Notes: generated from the sequence alone by a model not told the origin. Positions 50,256 to 60,694 are shown, counted from the stretch's first letter. The stretch is DNA of 60,944 bases from Gemmatimonadales bacterium (GCA_041613315.1 JBFJHJ010000018.1:1-60944), one strand, 5' to 3'. Numbers and translations are program-made.

Positions 50256-51428
50256 GTGACCGCACCACTCGGACCGCCAGCACGGCCGCTCTCGGCATTC
50301 TTCGCGCACCCGTTGGTGCGGCTCCTGAGCGTCGTGGCCCTGTTGTTCGTGTTCCTGCTGGGCGTCAACGGGCTCGGGGAAGGCTTCAAATCGTTGGGCC
50401 GCGGCCTCCTCGATTCGTTCTTCGCCGCCACACGCAATCCGTTCATGGGGTTGATGGTCGGGATCCTGGCGACGACGCTGGTGCAGAGCTCGTCCGTCAC
50501 GACCGCGCTCATCGTCGGCCTCGTGGCCGCGCCCGAGAACCCGCTCCCGGTGGCCAATGCGGTGTCGATGATCATGGGCGCCAACATCGGCACGACGGTG
50601 ACCAACACGATCGTGTCGCTGGCGCACATGGGCCGGAAAGACGAGTTCCGCCGTGCCTTCAGCGTCGCGACGTGTCACGATTTCTTCAATTTCATGTCCG
50701 TCGCCGTGCTCCTGCCGCTCGAAATGGTGACGGGATACCTGCGCCACGTGGCCGAGCGGCTCTCGGCCCTCATTACCGGGCTGGGCGGCGTGGACTACGA
50801 CAGCCCTCTCAAAGGTGTTCTCAAAGGGGGATTGGAGCCGGTGAAAGCCGTGATCGGCGCCATCGTCGACACGCCGCAGTGGCGGGCTGCGGGGCTGATC
50901 GCCGTGAGCGGGCTGTTCATCTTTACGGCGCTGATGCTCCTCGTGCGGGTGATGCGGGCGGCCATGGAAACGCGCGTCGAGTCCGCGGTGTCGCGGGGGC
51001 TCAGCCAACCCGCGCTGGTGTCGATGCTCGTGGGGATCGTGGTGACCGTGATGGTGCAATCCAGCTCCATCACGACGTCACTGCTGGTGCCCCTCGCGGG
51101 GGCGGGGCTGCTCACGCTCCCGCAGGCGTTCCCGATCACGATCGGCGCCAATATCGGTACGACGGTGACCGCCCTGCTCGCGGCGCTCGCGGCCACCGGC
51201 GTCAACGCCCGGGCCGGCGTCACGATCGCTCTGGTGCATCTAATGTTCAACCTGAGTGGGACGTTGCTGATCTATCCCGTGCAGCGGATCCGCCGGATCC
51301 CCTTGGTCGCGGCGCAGTGGCTGGCCGATACCGCAGTCCGCTCCCGGCGCTATGCGCTGTTGTACGTCGTATTGTTGTTCTATGGATTGCCGGCGGTGTT
51401 CGCCGTCTTGAATCGCCTGTTCCAGTAG
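50256..51428 (+). CDS. Na+/phosphate symporter (NptA/SLC34 family)
   Basis: Two QSSS repeats, each followed by GANIGTTVT; multiple TM segments. Confidence 0.92.
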   Translation: MTAPLGPPARPLSAFFAHPLVRLLSVVALLFVFLLGVNGLGEGFKSLGRGLLDSFFAATRNPFMGLMVGILATTLVQSSSVTTALIVGLVAAPENPLPVANAVSMIMGANIGTTVTNTIVSLAHMGRKDEFRRAFSVATCHDFFNFMSVAVLLPLEMVTGYLRHVAERLSALITGLGGVDYDSPLKGVLKGGLEPVKAVIGAIVDTPQWRAAGLIAVSGLFIFTALMLLVRVMRAAMETRVESAVSRGLSQPALVSMLVGIVVTVMVQSSSITTSLLVPLAGAGLLTLPQAFPITIGANIGTTVTALLAALAATGVNARAGVTIALVHLMFNLSGTLLIYPVQRIRRIPLVAAQWLADTAVRSRRYALLYVVLLFYGLPAVFAVLNRLFQ

Positions 51429-51445
51429 CGGGCAGGGGGCGTCAT

Positions 51446-52138
51446 ATGTTACGCGAGTTGCTCAGCATCTTCCGGTCCGATAACCCGCTCAGGGCGATGG
51501 GCGAGAACTTCGCCCAGATGCTCCAGCTCACCTACGAGTTGGCGGTCACGACCGGCGACATTTATTTCGGGAAGGCGGTCACGCCCGAAGAGCGCAGTCG
51601 GATCTACGACCAGGACGTCAAGGTCAACAAGCTCGAGCGCGCCATCCGGAAGCAGGTGATCGCGCACCTGTCCCTGCGGGCCAACACGGCCAACCTGCCG
51701 TACTGTCTCCTGCTCATGAGCCTGGTGAAGGACGTGGAGCGGCTGGGCGATTACGCGAAGAATCTCTCCGAGGTGCAGGACATCCGCTCCGATCCGTTGC
51801 CCGAAGATGCCATCGTCGCCGAGCTGCGGGAAATCCGGGCGGGGGTCGAGAGCGCGTTCGCCGCGACGGCGGAAGTGTTCGGGACGTCGGACCGAGAGCG
51901 CGCGGTCGCACTGATCCGGCGGGGCCGCGACATCTCGAAACGCTGTGAGGCGTTGATCGTCAGGATCGCCGCCAGCGATTATGACGCGAACACCGCGGTG
52001 GCGACCGTCCTCGGCACCCGCTACTACAAGCGGATCGGCGCCCATGTATTGAACGTGCTGTCGAGCGTCGTCATGCCGCTGCACAAACTCGACTACTACG
52101 ACGAGGACGAGCTCACGCGCCGGCGGGAGGAATCGTAG
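51446..52138 (+). CDS. PhoU-domain protein
   Basis: DVKVNKLERAIRKQV, KDVERLGDYAKN, YKRIGAH. Directly downstream of the Na/Pi symporter. Confidence 0.85.
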   Translation: MLRELLSIFRSDNPLRAMGENFAQMLQLTYELAVTTGDIYFGKAVTPEERSRIYDQDVKVNKLERAIRKQVIAHLSLRANTANLPYCLLLMSLVKDVERLGDYAKNLSEVQDIRSDPLPEDAIVAELREIRAGVESAFAATAEVFGTSDRERAVALIRRGRDISKRCEALIVRIAASDYDANTAVATVLGTRYYKRIGAHVLNVLSSVVMPLHKLDYYDEDELTRRREES

Positions 52139-52147
52139 CGGTCGTCG

Positions 52148-52825
52148 TTACCGCGTCTTCGCAGCGCCCAGGTCCACCATCTTCACGCCACCGGTATACG
52201 TGGTCACCGGTGCGTCGGCCAGGTTGGTCATCTTGCGGATGTTCACCGCGATCCGCATGGCTGCCTCGTGGATGTTTCGCGCCGACGCCTTTTGATCTTC
52301 GGTCAGACTGGCGTCGTCCGCGGAGAGGAGCTGGCTCTCCGTCACGATGGCCGTCAAGGCGTTGTTGATCTCGTGCCGAATCGTCACGGCGAACTGTCCA
52401 ATGGCCGCCATCCGCTCGTTCTTGAGCGCCCGGTGGTAGTAGCCGTGCAGCTCTTCCGACAGCCACCCCACCGAGATCGCCAACGAGCCGAACGCGATGT
52501 AGATCGGCACCGTCACTCGCCAGTCATTGGGTGTGAAGTTCACCGCCACGACGAGGCTCACCACGATGAACAAGGCCGTGCCCATCAAGAGGGCGGCAAA
52601 GGAGCCCTTGAGGCCGTAGTGCAGGCCGAGGAGAAACGCCGGGGCCAACATCACCAGCCAGGCCAGTTCGTCGGTGATGCCCGGATCTTCCGGGAGTGCA
52701 ACCTGCACCACGACCGGAATGAGGTAGGCGGCGGTGCAGTAGACCCACGCCCGCGGCGACAGCGGCGGGCAGTGGGACAACTGCTCGAATCGCGTCAGGC
52801 GCTCCCACACTCGGCGGACGGACAT
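52148..52825 (-). CDS. membrane protein with a histidine-kinase dimerisation/phosphoacceptor (HisKA) domain only
   Basis: About 4 TM helices, then ERMAAIGQFAVTIRHEINNALTAI. Ends without a HATPase domain. Confidence 0.8.
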   Translation of the reverse strand: MSVRRVWERLTRFEQLSHCPPLSPRAWVYCTAAYLIPVVVQVALPEDPGITDELAWLVMLAPAFLLGLHYGLKGSFAALLMGTALFIVVSLVVAVNFTPNDWRVTVPIYIAFGSLAISVGWLSEELHGYYHRALKNERMAAIGQFAVTIRHEINNALTAIVTESQLLSADDASLTEDQKASARNIHEAAMRIAVNIRKMTNLADAPVTTYTGGVKMVDLGAAKTR

Positions 52826-52905
52826 GTCCCTCTCCCGGAAGACCCTCTGGACTGGCGGTGTTTCTCGGAATGTAGTTGCCTCGGGAGTCGCGGGAAGGAC
52901 GCCCG

Positions 52906-55197
52906 TCACAACTCGGTGCCGTCGCCAAACAGCGCGGCGTCGAGGCGGAAGCCGCCGGAGGTGCCGCCTCCGGGTGGGACGCGTTCCAGCCAGCGCCGCA
53001 GGCACCCCGGAGGTCGCTGCCGGACAAGGAGTTCGAGCAACTCGCGCTCGGTGCCCACGCGTAGGCCCGAGGCCACGCGGTCGAGAACGGCGTCCAAGAC
53101 CTGGAGTTCGCTCCGCGCCCGCCGGCGCCCCGCACGTCGGGCGCGGTCCAGCAGACGACGGCTGAGCCGGCGGCCGGCGCCGGACGACGGCCCGCGGTCT
53201 GCGGCCGCGAGCCGGTGACGGACCAGTTCCCGGCATGCGGCGAGGAGGCAGGGCGGCGGCGGGGCACGAGAGATCGGGGCCGCGGTCAGCGCGTTCACCA
53301 GGGAGCGCATGCGCCCGTAGTCATCAACCTCGACAGGCGGGTCGCCATCGAGGCAGGCGAGCTCCGGGATGGGGCGTCCGTCCCGCAACCATCGCAACGC
53401 CAACAGCACCGCCCGTGGGCCCTGCACGACCGCATATCCGGGTGGTACGACAGCGGGGCCGCGCGCGCGACCGGCGATCGCCTCACGCGCTTCGATCTGG
53501 GCATTCCACACGCGCGCTCTGCCCGGTGCGGACGTCGTAGCCACTCCAAGCGCCAGCTGGACCGTTCGCTTCGCGACCAGGCGGTCCCGGAGCCTCAGCC
53601 GTCGCTCGAGCGGTGCGGGCGGTACGAACCACCAGACGCGCGCTTCTTGATGATGTGACCCCAGCCGGACGATCCGCCCCAGACGTTGGGCGAGGCGGAG
53701 CGGCGTCCACGGGAGATCGTAGTGCACGATGCCGTCGGCGTCCTGGAGGTCGAGTCCCTCGCTGACGAGATCAGTGGCGATCAGCGTGGCCACCCTCGTG
53801 GCGCGGTGTGGTGCGGACACGCCGCGGGCGCGCGGGGCGAAGAGCGACAGCGCCTCCTCCAGCGGGATCGTTCCGGACGCGATCCGCGCTCGTCCGCCCC
53901 CCACCACGGCGACCTCACGCCACCCGAGCGACTGACCCAGCTCACGAGCCGTCGCAACGGCGGTTGTGAAGACGATGGTAGAGCGCCTGCGGCGGCGGGC
54001 GAGCAGTCCATGGAGGGCCACGATCTTGGGAGACCGGCCCGACGCCGCTTCGAGCCTCCGGACGAGCGCGCGGAGCCGCCGCCGCTCCCCGCGGAGCGCT
54101 GTCGCATCGGCCGCGCCGGTCCGAACGTCGAGGAGACCGAACTCGAGCTGATATTCGTCGTCGCCGGCGAAGATGGCGCGCATCGCCGAGCGCGAGAGCT
54201 GCGTGCCTCTCTTGGCTGCCGTGAGCGCACGCTCCACGTAGTGCAGGTGGCGACCAACGGTCTCAACCGCCGCGGCACCCGAGGACGCCAACCGGTGCAG
54301 AAGGTGCAACCGCAACATTGCCGCAGCGTGCGGGTCCCCGATGTCCGGGAAGTCCAGGTGCTCGATGGCCCGTATGACGCCGTCGAGCGCGCGGTGCTCA
54401 AGCGGCGGCGGCTGAAGCTCCCGTCGGTCGCGGGTTCGCGGAAGTCGAACCGCCGTGCTGCGAGGGCTACGGGCGACCGTCAGCGCTCCGGCGGCTCGCC
54501 GGAGGCGATGGTGGGTCCGGTCCTGCACCGTGGCCTCGATCGACGCGACGCCGAGCATGGCCAGGCCATGGTCGGGTAGGAACAGCCGAAGCAGGTGCGC
54601 CAGGTCGGCCGCACGGTTTACCACCGGAGTCGCCGACATCAGGAGTACCTGGGCGCCGCGCAGGTCGCGAGCGATACGATCGTAGCGTCGAGTCTGTGGA
54701 TTCCGGAAGTGGTGGGCTTCGTCGACGATGAGGAAGTCGGTGGGCGGCACGCGGTGCCCGCGGCTCAGCGCCTCGTGCGAGATCATGGGCAGGTCGATCT
54801 CGAGGCCGTTCGCCGTCCGGCGCCACTGGGGGATCAGGGATGCCGGCACCGCCGCCGCCGCCCGGGCATAGCGCGTCGCCACGGCCAGCGCCACGTAGGT
54901 CTTTCCGAGGCCGGCCGCGTCCGCCAGGAGCGCACCACCGAAGATGTCGAGGCTGGCCGCGACCCGACGCGCCCCCTCCACCTGATGTGCGAGGAGCCAC
55001 CCGGGCGGGTTCCAGCCGTCGAGCCGCGGACCCGCCGCCGCGCGGCGCACAAGTGGCTCGACGTACGCCGGCGTGGCCAACGTGCCGAGCTCCAAGTGCC
55101 AGCGGAGCGGCTCGCTAACTGTGGCGAGCGCGTCCGAGGTGATCGTCGGCGAGCCTACGGAGGATCCGCCGCGCCCCCGGTGAGAGTCCGAGCGCAT
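52906..55197 (-). CDS. SNF2-like SF2 helicase
   Basis: LLAHQ, ADAAGLGKT, DEAH, SATP, ATDLVSEGLDLQ, HYDLPW.P.RL.QRLGRIVRLG. Start uncertain. Confidence 0.85.
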   Translation of the reverse strand: MRSDSHRGRGGSSVGSPTITSDALATVSEPLRWHLELGTLATPAYVEPLVRRAAAGPRLDGWNPPGWLLAHQVEGARRVAASLDIFGGALLADAAGLGKTYVALAVATRYARAAAAVPASLIPQWRRTANGLEIDLPMISHEALSRGHRVPPTDFLIVDEAHHFRNPQTRRYDRIARDLRGAQVLLMSATPVVNRAADLAHLLRLFLPDHGLAMLGVASIEATVQDRTHHRLRRAAGALTVARSPRSTAVRLPRTRDRRELQPPPLEHRALDGVIRAIEHLDFPDIGDPHAAAMLRLHLLHRLASSGAAAVETVGRHLHYVERALTAAKRGTQLSRSAMRAIFAGDDEYQLEFGLLDVRTGAADATALRGERRRLRALVRRLEAASGRSPKIVALHGLLARRRRRSTIVFTTAVATARELGQSLGWREVAVVGGGRARIASGTIPLEEALSLFAPRARGVSAPHRATRVATLIATDLVSEGLDLQDADGIVHYDLPWTPLRLAQRLGRIVRLGSHHQEARVWWFVPPAPLERRLRLRDRLVAKRTVQLALGVATTSAPGRARVWNAQIEAREAIAGRARGPAVVPPGYAVVQGPRAVLLALRWLRDGRPIPELACLDGDPPVEVDDYGRMRSLVNALTAAPISRAPPPPCLLAACRELVRHRLAAADRGPSSGAGRRLSRRLLDRARRAGRRRARSELQVLDAVLDRVASGLRVGTERELLELLVRQRPPGCLRRWLERVPPGGGTSGGFRLDAALFGDGTEL

Positions 55198-58100
55198 CGG
55201 CCACCGTCGAGTCGAGTTCCTCCCGTGCGGCATCGGCAGCGCGGTGGGCGCGGGCACAGAAGGCGGCGAGCGCGGTCCGGTGCACGCCCGGGGGCGGGAC
55301 CGGCAGGTCCTCGGCGACCCGTGCGGTGATGCGGCGATAGCCGCCGCGCGCCTCGTTGCCGCGCACCGACGTCAGCGCCATCGCCCACGTCGAGTTGAGC
55401 ACGCCCGTGATTGCCAGCGCGGCCTCACGGTCGGGTGCGGCGGCGACGTAACAGGTGTTGAGCGGGATCGCGCGTGGGGCGACCTCGTCGAGCAGCACGG
55501 CCCGCGGCCGCCGAGCGATATCAGGCCAGACCACGCGATGCGCTTGGACGGCGGCGCGGGTGCGGAACACCGTCCACAGGGGCCCGCTTCGAAAATCCGA
55601 TCGCCGCTCCAGCCGCGACCGGTGACGCCGAACGTGCCCGCCGGCCAACGGTGGGAGGTGCGCGTGCGGGGTTCCCGCGTCGTCCAGGCCCCAGAGGATC
55701 ACGCGCTCGAGTCGGACGGCGAAGGCCACCACATCCCGGCCGCGCACGGCCGGGCGGAGCGCGTCGCACTCGATGCGAACCGTCCGGTCGCCGAGGCGCA
55801 CTACGCTCGCGCCGTCTTCGACGCCGACCGGCCTTCCGACGAACACGCAGTCGGCGCCGGTCTTCACACCGAGCGCCGGCCGCGCGACATCCGCCAACGG
55901 CAATCCCGCTGCCCGCAGCTCTTCGAGCGCGGCGGCGGCGCGGTCGGGAACGAGGACCCACGGCCCTTCGGTCGCGAGCGAGCCCTGTGGGAGATTGTCC
56001 GCGGTGCCGATCCCCAGGCGGACGCGGTGTCCCGGCGGCGGCGGCGCGCGCCGGACGACGAGCGCCAGCGGGTAGGTGGTGGCTCCGAACGCCCGCGCGT
56101 CTTGCTCCGACACACGGTGCACGCAGGTGATGGTCGTCTCGCGCACGAGGTGCGCGCGTGCTGCTTCGCCGTACGCCGCCGTGGTGACCTTGCTGGGCAG
56201 AAGCATGCCGACGGCGCCACCCTCAGCCGTCAACTCGAGCGCGCGCTGCAAGAAAGCGACGCAGAGATCGGGGAGGTGACGGAAGCCGCGCCGACCCGCG
56301 GCGTGCCACCACGAGAAGCGTTGGCCTAGCAGCTGCCGCCGCGCAGGCGCGAGTCGCTCCGCTCGTACCCATGGTGGGTTGCCCACCACCACCGAGAAGC
56401 CACCGACGGACATGACGTCGGGCACGTGACTCTCGAATGAGAAGGCGGGAACACCGCCGTCGTCCAGCGCGGCGAGGAGCTTCATGAGCTCGTGTCGAGT
56501 CCGCTTGAGCGCTCGGTGGTGTCGACGCTGCTCGGCCGTGAGACCGGCTCGGCCCCCGAAGAGATCGCGGCTGGCGGCCCCCGCCGCGAGATCGGCGATT
56601 TCATGTTCCGCGCCACGGATACCTCGAGCGATCACCGATCGGGCGAGGACCGATTCGGCTGCCCGTAGCGCCTCGATGGCCGCGCGGCGATCCCGGCCAC
56701 GCCGGTCGAAGAGCGCCCGCCGCGCCTCCCGCACCGCGCGTTGTTGGTCGGGGGGCGGCGCCGATCCCCCCAGCTGCCCGGCCGCGAGTCCGAGAGGATC
56801 GAGCAGACTGTCTCCCTGGCGCACCACACCGTCCAGGTTCGGCAACGGCCGAACAGCCGCGAGATCGCGGGTCGGGTCATCTGCAACGACCGCGAGCCAG
56901 AGTCGGAGCTCGGCGAGGCGCACGGCCATCGGGTTCAAATCGACACCGAACAGGTTGTCGCGCAGCAGCGCGTATCTCACGCGCCACCGGTCACGGGCAT
57001 GACCGCGCCGGCGAAGAGAGAGGTGCATCTCAGTCAGGCTGTGCAGCGCGCCCAGAAGAAACGCGCCGGACCCCACCGCGGGATCGAGCAGCCGCAACCG
57101 CTGTAAGGCCACCCGCGCCGCCGACCGCGCCCCAACGGGCAGCGATGCGCACTTCACCAGGCGGCGCGCCGTGTCGGGGGCGAGGCCGCCGACGCCGGCG
57201 AGCGCGGTCTCGAGCGTGGCATCGACGACGTGCCGTACGACGCCTTCCGGAGTGTAGAAGCTGCCGGTGGTGTGGCGTTCGCCTCCGTCCATCAGCCGTT
57301 CGAACACACGCCCCAGCATGTCCGGAGCGATGGCGTTCACCTCGTCGGCTTCGCGGAGACAGAACCGAAAGTGCTCGAAGAGGTGGTCGAACGCGTCGCG
57401 CCACAGCGCGTTGCTGAACAGGACAGGGCCAATGCGGCGCTCGACCGGGTGCGTCTCGAACAGGCCGCCGTTCAGATAGGGGACATCGCCTGGTGGGACG
57501 TGGCGCCCGCGGCCGTCCCGTGGGCGGTTGAGTGTGCCGAAGAAAAGGGGGTGTAGCGCGGACCGGTGAAAGTGACGGCGGCGCGCCAGGGTCGTGTCGA
57601 GCAGCGCGCGGAGATAGTCGGAACGCCCGTCGAGCCATCCCTTGGCCTGGACGAAGTAGAGGAATAGCACGCGGGTGAGCGCGAGCAGCGTTGCCATGCG
57701 GCGGTCACGCATGGTGTAGCGCTCGTCGAGGGATCCGGCCATGCGCTCGAGCATCACCCGGAACGCCGTAAAGAAACGTTCTCCGGCGACTTCCGTGTCG
57801 AACAACTCCGCGACGCGCAGTGCGTGTGTGAGGGCCGTATCCCGCGGGTTCGGACGCAGCGCGTCGAGTTGTTGCCGCACGAGCGGCGGGATGTGGGCAG
57901 GCGGGACGAGCAGCACACGCGTCGCACCGCCGGTCCCGAGCCGAGGGGCGGCGAGGGCAACCGACCCGTCGGGCCCGAGGGCCGCCGCCAGGCCCCGCAC
58001 ACCGTCGTTGGCCAAGCGGCGAGCCACATCCCGTGCGGCCGTGGCAGGGTCCTCGGCCGCCACGGCCAGCACCCGGAAGCTCCGCCAGCGCGCTACGGCG

Positions 58101-58207
58101 CGCGTCCCGTGGGAGAACGACCGGTCGTCTGGCGCGTAGCCAAGGGCGGCGAACAGGGAGCTGAGGTCACCTACGGAAGCAGAAGTGCTCGGACGTGCGT
58201 GAAGCAT
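55115..58207 (-). CDS. large gamma-class N6-adenine DNA methyltransferase (Eco57I/TaqI-like)
   Basis: RVLFLYFVQAKGWL, PYLNGGLF, GSFYTP, DPAVGSGAF (motif I), GNPPW (motif IV), TaqI-C-like tail. Confidence 0.88.
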   Translation of the reverse strand: MLHARPSTSASVGDLSSLFAALGYAPDDRSFSHGTRAVARWRSFRVLAVAAEDPATAARDVARRLANDGVRGLAAALGPDGSVALAAPRLGTGGATRVLLVPPAHIPPLVRQQLDALRPNPRDTALTHALRVAELFDTEVAGERFFTAFRVMLERMAGSLDERYTMRDRRMATLLALTRVLFLYFVQAKGWLDGRSDYLRALLDTTLARRRHFHRSALHPLFFGTLNRPRDGRGRHVPPGDVPYLNGGLFETHPVERRIGPVLFSNALWRDAFDHLFEHFRFCLREADEVNAIAPDMLGRVFERLMDGGERHTTGSFYTPEGVVRHVVDATLETALAGVGGLAPDTARRLVKCASLPVGARSAARVALQRLRLLDPAVGSGAFLLGALHSLTEMHLSLRRRGHARDRWRVRYALLRDNLFGVDLNPMAVRLAELRLWLAVVADDPTRDLAAVRPLPNLDGVVRQGDSLLDPLGLAAGQLGGSAPPPDQQRAVREARRALFDRRGRDRRAAIEALRAAESVLARSVIARGIRGAEHEIADLAAGAASRDLFGGRAGLTAEQRRHHRALKRTRHELMKLLAALDDGGVPAFSFESHVPDVMSVGGFSVVVGNPPWVRAERLAPARRQLLGQRFSWWHAAGRRGFRHLPDLCVAFLQRALELTAEGGAVGMLLPSKVTTAAYGEAARAHLVRETTITCVHRVSEQDARAFGATTYPLALVVRRAPPPPGHRVRLGIGTADNLPQGSLATEGPWVLVPDRAAAALEELRAAGLPLADVARPALGVKTGADCVFVGRPVGVEDGASVVRLGDRTVRIECDALRPAVRGRDVVAFAVRLERVILWGLDDAGTPHAHLPPLAGGHVRRHRSRLERRSDFRSGPLWTVFRTRAAVQAHRVVWPDIARRPRAVLLDEVAPRAIPLNTCYVAAAPDREAALAITGVLNSTWAMALTSVRGNEARGGYRRITARVAEDLPVPPPGVHRTALAAFCARAHRAADAAREELDSTVADALGLSPGARRILRRLADDHLGRARHS

Positions 58208-58245
58208 ACCCCGGCCGGGTTGGCGACCGGGCTACGGTAGGCTAG

Positions 58246-58271
58246 AGGGCGACGGTCTCCGTCGCCCTTTT
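58246..58271 (+). terminator. 10-bp perfect hairpin with short T-tract
   Basis: AGGGCGACGG-TCT-CCGTCGCCCT-TTT. The T-tract is on the + strand although both flanking genes are on -. Confidence 0.4.
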
Positions 58272-58339
58272 CACGCACGACGGTGGCGAAGGCACGCCGT
58301 CGCCCCGCGAGCTATTCGGGACCTCGTTCGAGTAGTGCG

Positions 58340-59200
58340 CTAGCGCCCGACTGGAACAACGTCGGCGAGGAACGTATCCAACAGCCGATTGAACTCGTCC
58401 GGTTTGTCCATCTGAAGCCAGTGTCCCGTGCCGTGAACCCGCACCGTCTCCAATTCGGGGATGACGTTGTGGAGGGAGAACGGCGCGTTGTTGAGGTCGC
58501 TCACGACCGAGGTCGCCGGGCCGCGATAGGCCTGGAGCGCCGCTCGCGGGTCGAAGCGGCGCATGCTCTTGAACGCCGCGACGACGGCTTCGGGTGGCGT
58601 GGCTCGGAGATCCGCAAGCACCCGCTCGCGTACCGCCGAGTCCGCGTTCTGGTTGATCGTGGCCCAGTGAGCCTCGATCGTCCGCCGGTAGGCGTCGGAC
58701 TCCAGCGCGCCGATCAGACCATCCCAGGCGGCGGCGGGAATCCCCGAGGGATCTCCGTCGGGATCGACGAGGAGCAAGCCGGCGATCCGGTCGGGGTGGC
58801 GGGCGGCGTAGGTCATTGCCACGTCGCCCCCGAAGCTGTGCCCCACGAGGACGAATCGCGCGAGCCCCAGGGTGTCCACCACGGCCGCGACGTCTCCCGC
58901 CATCGCGTGGAGGGTGTAGTCGCCGTCGCGCGGCGGGTCCGACGCACCGTGCCCGCGGAGGTCGAGGGCGATGGCCCGCCGGCGAGGTCGCAGGTGGTCG
59001 AGCTGGGCGCGCCACTGCCCCGTGTTGCCCGCGAGTGAATGCACGAACACGACGGGGACGCCACCGGACCCCCCGTCATCTACGGCCAACGATCCGGCGG
59101 GCCCGGAGATCCGGCCGCCCTCGCCGCCGCCGCACGAGAGAAGCACCGCCAGCGAGGGCAGCGCCACGATCGGTGGGCGGGACGTCAGCTGAAGCCGCAT
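58340..59200 (-). CDS. alpha/beta hydrolase (possible lipoprotein)
   Basis: LLSC lipobox, DLRGHG, GHSFGG nucleophile, GHW. Confidence 0.88.
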   Translation of the reverse strand: MRLQLTSRPPIVALPSLAVLLSCGGGEGGRISGPAGSLAVDDGGSGGVPVVFVHSLAGNTGQWRAQLDHLRPRRRAIALDLRGHGASDPPRDGDYTLHAMAGDVAAVVDTLGLARFVLVGHSFGGDVAMTYAARHPDRIAGLLLVDPDGDPSGIPAAAWDGLIGALESDAYRRTIEAHWATINQNADSAVRERVLADLRATPPEAVVAAFKSMRRFDPRAALQAYRGPATSVVSDLNNAPFSLHNVIPELETVRVHGTGHWLQMDKPDEFNRLLDTFLADVVPVGR

Positions 59201-59214
59201 CGCGTCCGTCCTTT

Positions 59215-59739
59215 TCAGTGGTCCTTGAGGGCCCGCGCCTGCGCCAGATCGATGTCCCGCGCGATGGCGGGCGGCCACGCTCCTTCGGACACCTGCAGGT
59301 CGATGATGGTACGCTCGTTCTGCACCCGGCGCTTGGTCGCGGTGTCGATCAGGCCCGACCGGACGGCGGCGTCGAACTCATCCTCGTCCAGCCACGCGGG
59401 CTCCCCCACGCGAGGCAGCCAGTGATCCAGGAAAAGATCGCTCGCCGACCACGTGTCGCCTCGCATCTCGACCGGTTTGGACAGGTTCGTGTACCATCCG
59501 GTCAATGTCCCGTCGGCGCGGTGAAACCGCCCGATGTCGTGCCACTTCTCCGGGAAGACATACCACACGATGGGCGCGCCGGCCCCCAGCATCACGTCTT
59601 TCCCCCGCCGCAGTTCGGGACCGTCGTATCGCTCGAGGAGTAGCACCTTCGCGTCGGGCCGGTCCAGGACGAGCCACTCGTCATAGACCGTCACCTCCTT
59701 GCCGGGCCGGCGGTACTCGTAGCGGATCGCGCGGGGCAC
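59215..59739 (-). CDS. DUF402 (FomD-like) protein
   Basis: WHDIGRFH..DG...GWYTN...P, DLFLD, DEDEF. Start uncertain. Confidence 0.82.
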   Translation of the reverse strand: MPRAIRYEYRRPGKEVTVYDEWLVLDRPDAKVLLLERYDGPELRRGKDVMLGAGAPIVWYVFPEKWHDIGRFHRADGTLTGWYTNLSKPVEMRGDTWSASDLFLDHWLPRVGEPAWLDEDEFDAAVRSGLIDTATKRRVQNERTIIDLQVSEGAWPPAIARDIDLAQARALKDH

Positions 59740-59782
59740 GGCGTCTGGCCTGCCTCGGGGTGGAGGATATATTGCGGGCGCC

Positions 59783-60694
59783 ATGCGAAATCTACACGGC
59801 GCGCGGCGCGTGTCGTCGAGTGCCATGCGGTGGATCGTCGGCGCGGGGACCGCCGTACTGGCGTGCGTGGGCGCGCGGGAAGGGGCGTGGCAATCAACGC
59901 TCGAAGGCCGTCTCGCCCAGTCCGGCGCCGAGGTCGGGCTGTACTATCGGGCCCTGGACGCCGCGGATTCGGTGCTCGTCAACGCCGACCTCCGGATGCA
60001 CGCCGCGAGCATGATGAAGGTGCCCGTCATGATCCAAGTTTTCCGGGACGTCGAGGCCGGACGCCTGCGGCTGGACGATACGGTGGCCGTGACGCGGACC
60101 TTTGCATCGATCGTGGACGGATCGCCGTACGACCTCAGTATCGGAGACGACAGCGACAGCACCCTCTACGACCGGCGGAAGGCAACGGTGCGCGAGCTCG
60201 TGGAGCTCATGATCACGGTGTCCAGCAACCTGGCGGCCAACCTGCTGATCGAGATGGTCGATGCGAGACGGGTGACGGAGACGATGCGGGAGTTAGGCGC
60301 CGATTCCATCGAGGTGCTGCGCGGCGTCGAGGATATCAAGGCGTACGACGCGGGCCTCAGCAACACATCGACCGCGCGCGATCTCGGCGCCGTCTTTTCC
60401 GCGATCGCCGAGCATCGGGCGGCCGGCCGAGCCTCATGCGACGAGATGCTGGCGATCCTCGCGCGACAGCGATTCAACACCGGCATCCCCGCCGGGCTCC
60501 CCACGGACACGCGCGTGGCGCACAAGACCGGCCGTATCACCAGGATCGACCACGACGGAGGGATCGTGTATCGGGACGGCCGTCCGTCGTACGTGCTCGT
60601 TGTCCTGACCCGGGGCGTCGAGCGCGCCGCTACGGCCGACAGCCTGATCGCGGACGTGGCACGGTTGATCGAGGCACGGACGGCGACTCGTTAA
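59783..60694 (+). CDS. serine hydrolase, class A beta-lactamase-like
   Basis: AASMMK (SxxK), SSN, HKTG. Start is ATG 59783 or 59825. Confidence 0.88.
   Translation: MRNLHGARRVSSSAMRWIVGAGTAVLACVGAREGAWQSTLEGRLAQSGAEVGLYYRALDAADSVLVNADLRMHAASMMKVPVMIQVFRDVEAGRLRLDDTVAVTRTFASIVDGSPYDLSIGDDSDSTLYDRRKATVRELVELMITVSSNLAANLLIEMVDARRVTETMRELGADSIEVLRGVEDIKAYDAGLSNTSTARDLGAVFSAIAEHRAAGRASCDEMLAILARQRFNTGIPAGLPTDTRVAHKTGRITRIDHDGGIVYRDGRPSYVLVVLTRGVERAATADSLIADVARLIEARTATR

Noticed and set aside
59783..60694. Possible antibiotic-resistance beta-lactamase
   Set aside because: The motifs fit the broad class A-like serine hydrolase family; activity cannot be inferred and the context is not mobile.
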